A DNA stretch of 64,000 nt from Syntrophus sp. (in: bacteria) (GCA_025355725.1 JANXZC010000182.1:33885-97884); one strand, 5' to 3'; counted from the stretch's first letter, positions 9,113 to 18,776 are shown. The notes: generated from the sequence alone by a model not told the origin. Numbers and translations are program-made.

Positions 9113-10480
9113 TCATTTTTCTTGTAACATGAGGAGGGCGACAACCTCTATGTGGCTGGTCTGAGGGAACATGTCGAAGGGTTGCAGGCTTTGCAGGGTG
9201 TAGCCATGATTGGCAAAGAAGCGGCAATCCCGGGCCTGGGTGGCGGGATTGCAGGAAACGTAGACAATACGTTTGGGTCTCAGCCTATTGACAGACGAGA
9301 GCACTTTGCCGGGACAACCTGTACGGGGTGGGTCGAGGACCAGGACATCAAGAAATTGCTGTCTGGCAACAAACAGGCTTTGCATAACTTCCCCCGCATC
9401 ACCGATAATGAAGTCGGCGTTGTCATGACCCGCCCGCGCTAAGTTTTCCCGGGCGCAGGTTATTGCTTTCCCCCATAGCTCAATGCCGAAGACTTGGCGG
9501 GCGGCAGGGGCTAAGAACATGGAGAATAGTCCCGAGCCGCAGTAGGCGTCGAGAAGCGTCTCCCCGCCTGTCAGGGCGCACATCGCGACGACGGCATCCA
9601 CCAACTGCTCTACCAGATAGAGATTGGCCTGAAAAAACCCGTAGGCCGGAACAAGAAATGTCTTGCCCTTGATGATCCGGGGGATATTCTCGCCGCAGAA
9701 GGCAAGGTCGCCGGCGGTATGGATGGGCCAGAGGCCCAGAAGGTCAATAAAATTACTGCCGCCGGCGGTAGAATGGGAAAGGTCCGGGGGCAACGACCGA
9801 CTGCGAAGCGCCTCTTCCAATACGGGATCATTCAGAACCGCGGTCGGGACATCAGCCCCGATCTCCCTCCCCCAGGACCAGGCTGTAACCTGCCGCCTGC
9901 TGACGGTGACAGGGGATTTCCGCCCCTGCTTATGAAGCCCCTGAAGGGCCTGATTAAGAGATTCGGCAATTATTTCACAGCGATCAACATCAACAATGTC
10001 CCGGCTTTTCGAGCGGAGAAAACCGGCCACCCCATCCTGCCCGTCCCGTTTCCCGATCCAGAAATCCGCCTTTCCCCGGTAGTTAAAGGGTCGGGGCGAC
10101 GGGATAACGTCCGCTACCGTCGGGCTGGGAAAACATCCGATACGCCGGAAGGCCTCTACTACCTGCGTCTTTTTGATCGCCAATTGGTCCGGATAGGAAA
10201 GATGCTGATAGTCGCAGCCTCCGCACCGGGTGAAATGAAAGCACCGGGGGGCAAGACGCAACGGAGAAGACTTGACAATTTCGTGTATTATTCCGTGGGC
10301 ATGCCGCTTCTTAACCTCAGTGACCTTCACCAATACCTCATCCTCCGGGGCGGTATAGGGGACAAAGATGGCCTGATTTTGATAGCGGCCGACGCCCTCG
10401 CCGCCCAAAGCGATATCATTGATGACAACGGGAATGATCATTCCCTCCCTAAGGATCGAAACTTTCTCTGTAATATTCAC
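9113..10480 (-). CDS. rlmD: 23S rRNA (uracil-C5)-methyltransferase, RumA/RlmD family
   Basis: An N-terminal TRAM-like beta domain, the Cys cluster CFHFTRCGGCDYQH, the SAM motif LDAYCGSGLF, and the catalytic VYVSCNPAT near the C-terminus. Confidence 0.75.
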   Translation of the reverse strand: MNITEKVSILREGMIIPVVINDIALGGEGVGRYQNQAIFVPYTAPEDEVLVKVTEVKKRHAHGIIHEIVKSSPLRLAPRCFHFTRCGGCDYQHLSYPDQLAIKKTQVVEAFRRIGCFPSPTVADVIPSPRPFNYRGKADFWIGKRDGQDGVAGFLRSKSRDIVDVDRCEIIAESLNQALQGLHKQGRKSPVTVSRRQVTAWSWGREIGADVPTAVLNDPVLEEALRSRSLPPDLSHSTAGGSNFIDLLGLWPIHTAGDLAFCGENIPRIIKGKTFLVPAYGFFQANLYLVEQLVDAVVAMCALTGGETLLDAYCGSGLFSMFLAPAARQVFGIELWGKAITCARENLARAGHDNADFIIGDAGEVMQSLFVARQQFLDVLVLDPPRTGCPGKVLSSVNRLRPKRIVYVSCNPATQARDCRFFANHGYTLQSLQPFDMFPQTSHIEVVALLMLQEK

Positions 10481-10586
10481 GGCAAATCATCCTTGATAAA
10501 TAATAGGGGCGCTGTCAGCCTGTTTTTTGTTTCTCTTTACAATCCCGGCAATTATTGCTAATGACCCGCCATCAAGTCAATAGCTA

Positions 10587-11771
10587 TTGGAGTACAATAC
10601 TTTGGACAATCCCAATATACACCGCCTGACCTATGAAGGCAAAGAATTGATTCTCGTCGGCGTCGCCCACGTTTCCCGGGAGAGCGCCGAATTGGCCGAG
10701 GCGGTCATCGCCACAGAACGTCCCGACGCCGTCTGCGTAGAACTCTGCAAATCCCGCTATGAGGCTATCAAGCAGCGTGATAAATGGCAGGAAATGAATA
10801 TTGTCAAGGTGATCAGGGAGAAGCGGACCTCCGTCCTCCTGTTCCAATTGCTTTTGGCCTCTTTCCAGAAGAAGATTGCCGAAAAGTTCGGTATTACTCC
10901 CGGCGAAGAGATGATCAGGGCCGTTGCCAAAGCGGAGGAAGTGGGGGCGGTTGTCGTCCTCGCGGACAGGGAGATACGGGTCACCCTCCTGCGGGCCTGG
11001 CGGAAAATGGGATTCTGGACAAAGATCCGGGTCCTCCCCGAGATGATCGTCTCCCTTTTCTACACCGAAGACATTACGGAAGAAGAGATAGAAAAGCTCA
11101 AGCAGCAGGATGTCCTCGAAGTGGCCCTCCAGACCTTCGGGGAAAAGCTCCCGTCCCTAAAGACGACCCTTATCGATGAACGGGACGAATATCTGTCCCA
11201 TACCATCAGCCACGCCGAGGGGAAGAAGATTGTCGCTATCGTCGGCGCCGGGCATATACCGGGCATCAAAACGCACATCGGCCATTTCGTGGACATGGAG
11301 GCCATCAACCAAATCCCACCGCTTGGACTCTGGGCGCGCTACGCCGGCTGGGGATTTTCCGCAGTTATCGTCTTGATGTTCATTGCCGGATTTTTCTATT
11401 CCGGCGGCAAGACAAGCATGGACATGATCATCATGTGGTCGGCCATCACGGCGGCCTGCGCCGGCGTCGGCGCCCTGATCATGCTGGCCCATCCATTGAC
11501 AATTCTCGCTTCCGCCCTGTCGGCACCCATCGCTACGATTCACCCCCTGATTGCCACGGGCTGGATCGCCGGTCTCGTCGAGGCAACTTTGCGGAAACCC
11601 CAGGTCCGTGATTTTCTGGCCCTAAAGGACGACATCAGCTCGGTACGGGGATTTTTCCGCAACAAGATTACGCGGTTATTGGTCCTGGTGGCGTTTGTGA
11701 ACCTGACCACCTCCGTCGGCACCCTGGTGGCCATTCCCGTGGTCATGAAATACTTCTTTACCAAGGTGTAA
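10587..11771 (+). CDS. TraB/GumN (Tiki-like) family protein with C-terminal TM helices
   Basis: LILVGVAHVSRESAELAEAVI...PDAVCVELC and GAGHIPGI are TraB family motifs. The last ~130 aa are hydrophobic. The start is TTG and uncertain. Confidence 0.7.
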   Translation: MEYNTLDNPNIHRLTYEGKELILVGVAHVSRESAELAEAVIATERPDAVCVELCKSRYEAIKQRDKWQEMNIVKVIREKRTSVLLFQLLLASFQKKIAEKFGITPGEEMIRAVAKAEEVGAVVVLADREIRVTLLRAWRKMGFWTKIRVLPEMIVSLFYTEDITEEEIEKLKQQDVLEVALQTFGEKLPSLKTTLIDERDEYLSHTISHAEGKKIVAIVGAGHIPGIKTHIGHFVDMEAINQIPPLGLWARYAGWGFSAVIVLMFIAGFFYSGGKTSMDMIIMWSAITAACAGVGALIMLAHPLTILASALSAPIATIHPLIATGWIAGLVEATLRKPQVRDFLALKDDISSVRGFFRNKITRLLVLVAFVNLTTSVGTLVAIPVVMKYFFTKV

Positions 11772-11772
11772 A

Positions 11773-12630
11773 ATGGTTTCCCCAAGAACCTCCGGCCTTT
11801 GTCCCAATTGCCGCAAGCTGATCAGTCTTGATGAACCGGCATGCCCCTATTGCGGCATCGCCAACCCGGGATCACGCTGGCGCATGTCTTTCCTGAGCCG
11901 CTGGACAGGCGGCAATCTCGATCTCGTCCGGCTGATCATTTACGCTAATGTCGCCTTCTACCTCCTGTCCATCCTCATCAATCCCTCCGGAATGGGCGTC
12001 ACCATGAACCCCCTAACGCTCTTTTCCCCATCAGAGAGCAGCCTGTTTCTCCTGGGGGCCACGGGAACCCTGCCGATTGCCCAGTTTCATCGCTGGTGGA
12101 CCCTGGTTACCGCCTCCTTTCTCCACGGCGGTCTTCTCCATATCTTCTTCAACATGATGGCCCTCAATCAATTGGGACCCTTTGTCGTTGCCGAATTCGG
12201 TGTTCATCGTTTCGCCGTCATCTACACCGTGACGGGCGTTGCCGGTTTTCTCCTTTCCTATTTCGCGGGGATTACCTTCACCATTGGCGCCTCGGCGAGC
12301 ATCTGCGGCCTCATCGGAGCCATTCTCTACTTTGCCAAGAGCCGGGGCGGTTTTTATGGGGATGCGATGTACCGTCAGGCCATGGGCTGGGTCGTCGGTC
12401 TCGTCCTCTTCGGGCTCCTCATTCCCGGTATCAACAACTGGGCTCACGGCGGCGGCTTGGTTGCGGGGATTGCATCAGCGTTCATCCTCGGTTACGAGGA
12501 CCGGCACAAGGAAACATCATTTCACCGCATTCTGGGGAATGTCTGCATCTTCGGAACCGCCGGCCTGCTGATCTGGGCTGCTCTGTCGGCATTTTACCAG
12601 CTTTTTCAATACATGGCATACTTCCGGTAA
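11773..12630 (+). CDS. Rhomboid family intramembrane serine protease with N-terminal zinc-ribbon
   Basis: CPNC...CPYC at the N-terminus. WWTLVTASFLHGGLLHIFFNM, GASASICGLIGA (catalytic Ser) and AHGGGLVAG (catalytic His). The start is 1 nt after the TraB stop. Confidence 0.8.
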   Translation: MVSPRTSGLCPNCRKLISLDEPACPYCGIANPGSRWRMSFLSRWTGGNLDLVRLIIYANVAFYLLSILINPSGMGVTMNPLTLFSPSESSLFLLGATGTLPIAQFHRWWTLVTASFLHGGLLHIFFNMMALNQLGPFVVAEFGVHRFAVIYTVTGVAGFLLSYFAGITFTIGASASICGLIGAILYFAKSRGGFYGDAMYRQAMGWVVGLVLFGLLIPGINNWAHGGGLVAGIASAFILGYEDRHKETSFHRILGNVCIFGTAGLLIWAALSAFYQLFQYMAYFR

Positions 12631-12650
12631 ATCAAATCGCCGATCTGTCC

Positions 12651-12679
12651 TTGACACTCAGCAACAGTGACTTTATACT
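12651..12679 (+). promoter_or_regulatory. Near-consensus sigma70-type promoter (TTGACA-17 nt-TATACT)
   Basis: TTGACA lies at 12651-12656 and TATACT at 12674-12679, with an exactly 17-nt spacer. It sits 20 nt after the rhomboid stop and points into the AT-rich ORF6N islet. Confidence 0.5.
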
Positions 12680-12884
12680 GTAACCCTAAGAAATATCATA
12701 TGCTAAGGAAGCGGAGCGGTTTGGAAAGCTCAAGGGCAACTTGAGGAACAAATGAAGGAGGAAGTGCGGCTCAATGCCCTGATTTTGGAAAACCTGAAAA
12801 AGGTGAAGCTGGAGTGAGTGTAGTGGCAAGTTCAACTTGAAGTCACAGATTGTGACCTCAAGTTAGGGTGTAAGGTGAAAAGCA

Positions 12885-13862
12885 ATGGTTGAAAATACTA
12901 TCATTAAGAAAGATGACATTCAAAGCCGTATTTTTACCATACGCAATGTCCAGGTCATGCTGGATAGTGACCTTGCTGAACTTTATGGTGTTGAAGTAAA
13001 AAGATTGAATGAACAGGTAAAAAGAAACATTGAAAGATTTCCGCAGGAATTCAGCTTTCAGCTCACCGTCGAAGAAAATAATGCTCTAAGGTCGCAATTT
13101 GCGACCTTAGAGAAAGAAAGCCACTTTAGGTTCCAAATTGGCCCCTCGAAAGATGAGCAAAACTTGAAGTCGCAATTTGCGACTTCAAGTTGGGGTGGAA
13201 AACGAAAAGTGCCCTACGCATTTACCGAGCAAGGCGTGGCCATGCTTTCCGGAGTTCTTAAAAGCAATACGGCTGTTCAAATAAGCATTCAAATCATCAA
13301 TGCATTTGTATCCATGCGGAAATTTATTTCTGCAAATGCGCAGATATTTCATCGTCTCGAAGGCGTTGAAAGAAAACAGATTGAATACAAAGTAGAGACC
13401 GACGAGAAATTCAAGAGGGTCTTCGACGCCATCGAAGAGAAAGACATCAAACCCAAGCAAGGCATTTTTTTCGACGGCCAGATTTTCGATGCCTATCAAT
13501 TTGTTTCCGAGCTGATTCGTACGGCCCGGAAATCGATAATTGTTATTGATAATTATATTGATGATGCGGTTTTAACTTTGCTTTCCAAAGCCAACAAGAA
13601 AGTGCAGATCACCATCCTCACCAAGGCCATTTCCAAACAGCTTGCCCTGGATATAAAAAAATATAACGAGCAATATCCTGCCATCACATTAAAGGAATTC
13701 TATCATTCTCACGACAGGTTTTTAATCATTGACGGCAAAACAGTTTATCATTTCGGCGCATCCTTAAAGGATCTGGGTAAAAAATGGTTCGCCTTTTCCA
13801 AGTTTGATAAAAACGCATTTAAGCTGCTGGAGAGACTGGCAGGGGTTGTCAGTGAACAGTAA
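12885..13862 (+). CDS. ORF6N (KilA-N-like) DNA-binding domain protein with conserved C-terminal HxR..D / GAS module
   Basis: The N-terminus IRNVQVMLDSDLAELYGVEVKRLNEQVKRNIERFP...FSFQLT...SQFATSSWGGKRKVPYAFTEQGVAMLS is the ORF6N signature. The C-terminus has IIVIDNYID and HDRFLIIDGKTVYHFGASLKDLGKK. The gene is AT-rich relative to its neighbours. Confidence 0.75.
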   Translation: MVENTIIKKDDIQSRIFTIRNVQVMLDSDLAELYGVEVKRLNEQVKRNIERFPQEFSFQLTVEENNALRSQFATLEKESHFRFQIGPSKDEQNLKSQFATSSWGGKRKVPYAFTEQGVAMLSGVLKSNTAVQISIQIINAFVSMRKFISANAQIFHRLEGVERKQIEYKVETDEKFKRVFDAIEEKDIKPKQGIFFDGQIFDAYQFVSELIRTARKSIIVIDNYIDDAVLTLLSKANKKVQITILTKAISKQLALDIKKYNEQYPAITLKEFYHSHDRFLIIDGKTVYHFGASLKDLGKKWFAFSKFDKNAFKLLERLAGVVSEQ

Positions 13863-13941
13863 TTGGAGCTGGATATGTGGTAGCTTTACGCAAATTCAGA
13901 GGATGGCATCTCAGATAAATTTCTCATGGGAGGGAAACACA

Positions 13942-14349
13942 ATGAAAAGGGTTTTTTCTATAATCACCTTTATCTTCATCATCGGGCTCCTGGCGGGCTG
14001 TGAAGGGGGCGTCGTGGTCGGAGGGAAATCTATGGGTATGCAGGACGGGCAATTTGTTCGTTCCAGCGGTTATATGGTTGGCTCGTACCCTTATCCTTTC
14101 GATGCGGTCTGTCAGGGAATCGACGACACCCTCAAGGAGATGAAGGCCGTAACCAACGAAAAACACGTTAAGATCGGCAAAGCAAGCATAATTGCCACGC
14201 TCCAGGGTGAAAAGGTTACCTTTGAGGTGGAGTTCAAGGAGAAAAACAAGACCGACGTATCAATCCTGGTCGGCATGGGGGGGAGCAATATCGCCTCTCA
14301 GCTCATTCACGACCGCCTGCGGCTGACCCTGACAAAAACCGCGAAATAA
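13942..14349 (+). CDS. Small lipoprotein (DUF3568-like)
   Basis: MKRVFSIITFIFIIGLLAGC has a classic lipobox (LAGC). The RBS gggaggga lies upstream of ATG 13942. The tracked ORF start at 13804 is an unsupported extension. Confidence 0.6.
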   Translation: MKRVFSIITFIFIIGLLAGCEGGVVVGGKSMGMQDGQFVRSSGYMVGSYPYPFDAVCQGIDDTLKEMKAVTNEKHVKIGKASIIATLQGEKVTFEVEFKEKNKTDVSILVGMGGSNIASQLIHDRLRLTLTKTAK

Positions 14350-15682
14350 CAAGCTGCTTTGCTTCCTCGGCCGTGGCAATCTCGCCGTTGAGCTGGGCGT
14401 CTTCAATCGCGTTTAGAATCTCCCGAAACAGCGGTCCGGGGCGGAAACCGAGTTCCTGCAGATCGTAGCCCGTCAGCAGCCGGGGGGGATGGAGATCCTC
14501 CGTCGTCAGTTCTTCGAGCTTTTCCCGGCAGAATACGTCATTGTCGAGATGACCGTGGCTCCCCAGACAATCGAGGCGGTGGAGGGCCAGATGGAGATCG
14601 AAATCGGGCATTCTCAGGAACTTCTTCACCGTGTTGGGCCGCATATCCTGAACGTGCATGAAGCGCATGTGGTTCTCGATGAGGGCAAGGACGACGTCAA
14701 GATCCGCCTTGGGAAACTTCAGACGCCTCATGATGGCGGCGGCGATCTCTGACCCTTTTTTCACATGGCCATAGAAATGGACCCCCGTCTCGCTTTCCGT
14801 TCTTGTTGCCGGCTTGCCCACATCATGGAGGAGGACCGCCCATGCTAACCGGCCATCGGCCTCCGTGTCATGCCGTCTTTCCTGGGGCAGCAGGGCGAGC
14901 ATGCTCAGGGTATGCTCCCAGACGTCTCCCTCGGGATGAAATTGGGGCGGCTGGCTGACCCCTCGCAGGGCCTCCAGTTCGGGAAGGAGCTGCGACAATA
15001 TTCCCGTGGCCTGCAACAATTCCATGCCTGGACAGGGTCCGGGGCCGATGAGCATCCGGGTCAGTTCCTCACGGACCCGCTCGGCGCTGACCCGGGCAAT
15101 GTCCGCTGCATGCCCTTTGATCGCCTCAAGTGTTTCCACGTCAATGATAAAACCAAGATTGGCGGTAAAACGCACCGCCCGGAGCATCCGCAGATGATCT
15201 TCGGCAAATCTCTCTTCCGGATTGCCGATGGTCCTGATCACCCGTCTCTCAATATCGGCAACACCGCCCACATAATCGACGATCTCCCCCGTTTCGGGAT
15301 CCATGAGGAGACCGTTGACCGTAAAGTCGCGGCGGTAAACATCCTCTTTTGCCGTGGCGAAGGAAACCCGGGAGGGATGGCGGCCATCCTTGTATTCCGC
15401 TTCTTTCCGGTAGGTGGCGACTTCATAGAGGAGATCGCCCTCGCTGACGAGGACCACGCCGAAACTTACCCCCACGGGATAGGTCCGGGGGAAGAGGGCC
15501 TGAACCACGTCCGGGTGGGCGGAGGTCACGATATCGTAATCATCAGGGGCCTCATGCCGGAGGAGATCCCGAACGCAGCCGCCGACGAAAAACGCCTCAT
15601 GGCCGGCGCTGCGTAGGGTGCGCACAATACGGAGCGCCCCTTGACCCAACCCGGTTAAGCTATCAGGTGTCGCCGCCATCAT
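14303..15682 (-). CDS. cca: CCA-adding tRNA nucleotidyltransferase (PolyA-pol head plus HD domain)
   Basis: GGCVRDLLRHEAPDDYDIVT and RRDFTVNG motifs, plus a C-terminal HD region (LLHDVGKP). Confidence 0.85.
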   Translation of the reverse strand: MMAATPDSLTGLGQGALRIVRTLRSAGHEAFFVGGCVRDLLRHEAPDDYDIVTSAHPDVVQALFPRTYPVGVSFGVVLVSEGDLLYEVATYRKEAEYKDGRHPSRVSFATAKEDVYRRDFTVNGLLMDPETGEIVDYVGGVADIERRVIRTIGNPEERFAEDHLRMLRAVRFTANLGFIIDVETLEAIKGHAADIARVSAERVREELTRMLIGPGPCPGMELLQATGILSQLLPELEALRGVSQPPQFHPEGDVWEHTLSMLALLPQERRHDTEADGRLAWAVLLHDVGKPATRTESETGVHFYGHVKKGSEIAAAIMRRLKFPKADLDVVLALIENHMRFMHVQDMRPNTVKKFLRMPDFDLHLALHRLDCLGSHGHLDNDVFCREKLEELTTEDLHPPRLLTGYDLQELGFRPGPLFREILNAIEDAQLNGEIATAEEAKQLVISRFLSGSAAGGRE

Positions 15683-15717
15683 CGCGCATCGTCCCTTGCC
15701 GTTTTCCTGTAAATATA

Positions 15718-15927
15718 TCAGTAGTCATCGTGATCATCAGGCAAAACCAGCGGGTTCTCTCTTTTTGCCCTCCAGAACCGGTATCCGAAGAAGAGGACAA
15801 ATGCCAAGGGTACACTGCCCAGAATCACATTTTCCACTGTCCAGGGAGGTTGGAGAAAAAAAATAGCCCAGAAGATTACCGAGGCAACGATGAATGCCCA
15901 TGCAGCTTGAATCATTGAGTCCTCCAT
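15718..15927 (-). CDS. Small two-TM membrane protein, translationally coupled to thiC
   Basis: The thiC stop and this ATG are contiguous (TAAATG). The 69-aa product has two hydrophobic spans and an acidic tail, and I recognise no family. Confidence 0.45.
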   Translation of the reverse strand: MEDSMIQAAWAFIVASVIFWAIFFLQPPWTVENVILGSVPLAFVLFFGYRFWRAKRENPLVLPDDHDDY

Positions 15928-17211
15928 TTACGATTTTTTCATCTTGCCTACCTTGATGGCGCATAAGTCGCCGCACATGGTGCAGCCTTCTTCATTGGCG
16001 CTGGCGCTCTTTTCGAGAAGCGCCGCCGCTCGTTCTGGATCGATGGATACATCCACCTGCCCCTGCCAGTTGAATTCCTTCCGGTACATCGCCATGCGCC
16101 GGTCCTTGTCCATCGCCCCCGGCAGCCCCTTGGCTAAATCAGCGATATGGGCCGCGATTTTGGAGGCAATGACCCCTTCCCTGACATCGGCCAGGGTCGG
16201 CAGGCGGAGATGTTCCGCCGGGGTGACGTAGCAGAGATAATCCGCCCCCGCCGCTCCGGCAATGGCGCCGCCGATGGCGGACGTGAGATGATCGTATCCC
16301 GGCGCGATGTCCGTCGGCAGGGGCCCGAGGACATAGAAAGGGGCCCCGTCACAGATTCTTTTCTGCAGCAGGATGTTGCTTTCAATATCCTTGAGGGGAA
16401 CATGCCCCGGCCCTTCGATCATTACCTGGACGCCCCGGTCCTTTGCCCTTTTTGCCAGTTCCCCAAGCAGGATCAGTTCCTGAATCTGCCCCCGGTCCGT
16501 GGCATCGGCAAGGCACCCCGGCCGCAGGCCGTCTCCCAGGCTCAGGACCATCTCGTATTTCCGGGCAATCTCCAGCAGGCGGTCGTATTGTTCATACAAG
16601 GGGTTCTCCTTGTCATTGCAGGCCATCCAGTGGGCGGTAAAGGAACCTCCCCGGCTGACGATTCCCAGCAGACGTCCCTGCGCCTCGACGGCGGCGACGC
16701 TGCGCCTAGTAACCCCGCAGTGGACGGTGATGAAATCCACGCCGTCCTCGCCGTTATCTTCGATTACCTGAAACATATCATCGGCGGTCATCTCCACAAT
16801 AGCCTTTCCCTGAGCAAGCACCCGTACCGCTGCCTGATAAATGGGGACGGTGCCAATTATCAGGGGCGACGCCGCAACGATGGCCTGACGGATAGCCCGG
16901 ATATCGCCTCCCGTGGAGAGGTCCATGATCGTGTCCGCCCCGGCGGCGACGCAGACCCGCACCTTTTCAATCTCTGCCTCCACATCCGCCCGGTCTTTGG
17001 AAGTCCCGATATTGGCGTTGATCTTGGTTCGCAGGCCCTTACCGATGGCGAGGGGCGGGATATTGACATGCCTGTTATTACGGATGACAACGATGGTTCC
17101 GTCCGCAACCCCGGCGCGGATAAATTCGGGGTCGCGCCCCTCCTGCCCCGCGCAGATCTTCATTTCCTCGGTGATAACGCCTTGTCGCGCCTGTTCTATT
17201 TGAGTCATCAT
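15928..17211 (-). CDS. thiC: Phosphomethylpyrimidine synthase (short-form ThiC)
   Basis: Full-length ThiC blocks are present: NANIGTS, MDLSTGG, DFITVHCG, GIVSRGG, QVMIEGPGH, and the C-terminal CTMCGDLCA Fe-S motif. Confidence 0.95.
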   Translation of the reverse strand: MMTQIEQARQGVITEEMKICAGQEGRDPEFIRAGVADGTIVVIRNNRHVNIPPLAIGKGLRTKINANIGTSKDRADVEAEIEKVRVCVAAGADTIMDLSTGGDIRAIRQAIVAASPLIIGTVPIYQAAVRVLAQGKAIVEMTADDMFQVIEDNGEDGVDFITVHCGVTRRSVAAVEAQGRLLGIVSRGGSFTAHWMACNDKENPLYEQYDRLLEIARKYEMVLSLGDGLRPGCLADATDRGQIQELILLGELAKRAKDRGVQVMIEGPGHVPLKDIESNILLQKRICDGAPFYVLGPLPTDIAPGYDHLTSAIGGAIAGAAGADYLCYVTPAEHLRLPTLADVREGVIASKIAAHIADLAKGLPGAMDKDRRMAMYRKEFNWQGQVDVSIDPERAAALLEKSASANEEGCTMCGDLCAIKVGKMKKS

Positions 17212-17281
17212 ATTTCCTTTACCTCTTCAATTATGACGTTTTCGTAAAAACTATATTTCTCCCTCCCCTTCAAGGGGAGGG

Positions 17282-18109
17282 TCAGGGTGGGGATGGGTTT
17301 GCTTTTTTATTGTCTTGTTCATACAGATAGGCCAGATGGTTAGTGGGACCATGACCGGCGCCGAGGCGCAGGGCATGACGAATGGCAGCGGCCATGTAAG
17401 CTTCAGTTTCGGCAACCGCCGCCTGCACCGTCATGCCTTTGGCAAGGCTCGTAGCAAGGGCGGCGGAGAAGGTACATCCCGTCCCGTGGGTGTCCTTTGT
17501 CATGATCCGTTCAAAAGGGAATTCATAAAAATCACGTCCGTCATACAGAACATCCACCGCGGCTCCAATAAGATGACCACCTTTGATGATGACATTTGGG
17601 ACGCCCAGATCATAGATGATTTTAGCTGCTGCCTTCATGTCCGACACCGAGGCAATGATCACATCGGTGAGAATCTCGGCCTCCGGGATGTTCGGCGTTG
17701 CCACGAGGGCCAGGGGCAACAGTTCCTTAATCAATACATGACGGGCTCCGGGATCCATGAGGGCCGCCCCTCCCTTGGCAACCATGACCGGGTCGACAAC
17801 AAGCCTCTTTATGTCATATTGCCTGATCTTTTCCACTACGATCTTCATTATTGCCGGAGAAGCGAGCATCCCCGTCTTGGCGGCGTCAACTCCGATGTCC
17901 GTCACTACGGCGTCAAACTGGGCGGCGATAAACGCCGGCGGTACCTCGTGGATGGCATGGACGCCAATAGTATTCTGGGCCGTCAGGGCCGTGATCACGC
18001 TCATGCCAAATCCGCCCAGGACGGTGATAGTCTTCAGATCCGCCTGGATTCCCGCGCCGCCGCCGGAATCGGAACCGGCAATGGTTAATACCCTCTTTAT
18101 ATTATTCAA
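17282..18109 (-). CDS. thiD: Hydroxymethylpyrimidine/phosphomethylpyrimidine kinase
   Basis: [30 protein letters not shown] and [10 protein letters not shown] are ThiD motifs. Confidence 0.9.
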   Translation of the reverse strand: MNNIKRVLTIAGSDSGGGAGIQADLKTITVLGGFGMSVITALTAQNTIGVHAIHEVPPAFIAAQFDAVVTDIGVDAAKTGMLASPAIMKIVVEKIRQYDIKRLVVDPVMVAKGGAALMDPGARHVLIKELLPLALVATPNIPEAEILTDVIIASVSDMKAAAKIIYDLGVPNVIIKGGHLIGAAVDVLYDGRDFYEFPFERIMTKDTHGTGCTFSAALATSLAKGMTVQAAVAETEAYMAAAIRHALRLGAGHGPTNHLAYLYEQDNKKANPSPP

Positions 18110-18119
18110 AAAATTCTCC

Positions 18120-18776
18120 TTATCGTATACTCAAATAATGAATCACAAGTAAACAGCCCTCATCGACCTTGATCCGCCCTGACTCCGCCGTCAACCGGTT
18201 GCTGATCCCGCAGGGACGGGCCAGGGTCATGGTTGCATCTTCCAGGGGATATTCGAAGCCTTCCAGGGTAATACCACGGGCCTCCCCTCCCCAGGGAAAG
18301 ATGGATATCGTCTGTCCCTTTTCCCCGCTGACGGTTGCTGTTCCCGCCATGACAAATACTTCACAACCTTCATCGAGAAGTTTTATGGGAACGCCCTTTT
18401 CCAGGCCCATCATCAGGAGCCCGAGATTGGCCAGGGTATGATCCAGGCGTTTTCCCATCGCCCCAAAAATAAGGATTTCTTCGGGATTCATCGCCAGCGC
18501 CTGTATGAGGGCCAACTGCGTATCCGTTTCGTCCTTCCGGACCGGATAGGGGGCAACGGCGACCCCCTTTTCTTTAAAGGCCCGCAACAACTCATCGTCC
18601 AGAGAATCCATATCCCCGATGATCAGATCGGGGGCAAGACCGAGGGCATGGGTATAACGGGCCCCGCCGTCGGCGCACAGAACGGCCTCCGGGGCTGCCG
18701 CCTCGATTCGCTGCCGGAGAAACTCCATGTCCTCGATAGCGGAACCTGCAATAATAACAACTACTCTTTTCGGCAT
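18120..18776 (-). CDS. thiN: Thiamine pyrophosphokinase
   Basis: [14 protein letters not shown] and [10 protein letters not shown] motifs. I prefer ATG at 18776 ([11 protein letters not shown]), which has the ggagaa RBS, to the tracked start at 18818. Confidence 0.8.
   Translation of the reverse strand: MPKRVVVIIAGSAIEDMEFLRQRIEAAAPEAVLCADGGARYTHALGLAPDLIIGDMDSLDDELLRAFKEKGVAVAPYPVRKDETDTQLALIQALAMNPEEILIFGAMGKRLDHTLANLGLLMMGLEKGVPIKLLDEGCEVFVMAGTATVSGEKGQTISIFPWGGEARGITLEGFEYPLEDATMTLARPCGISNRLTAESGRIKVDEGCLLVIHYLSIR

Noticed and set aside
13804-13941. 46-codon upstream extension of the lipoprotein ORF, overlapping the ORF6N 3' end
   Set aside because: The signal peptide and lipobox begin at M47, which has its own RBS. 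The extension has no features and overlaps the preceding gene.
16147-17247. 366-aa plus-strand ORF covering almost all of thiC
   Set aside because: It is antisense to an unmistakable thiC. The translation is low-complexity, rich in Arg, Gly, Pro and Asp, with no motif. This is typical of stop-free antisense frames in GC-rich coding DNA.
17261-17281. GC hairpin CCCTCCCC-ttcaa-GGGGAGGG immediately after the thiD stop (minus strand), considered as an internal terminator between thiD and thiC
   Set aside because: No U-tract follows directly; the nearest T5 run is ~10 nt away. thiC needs read-through from the riboswitch promoter. I kept it only as a possible processing or stability hairpin.
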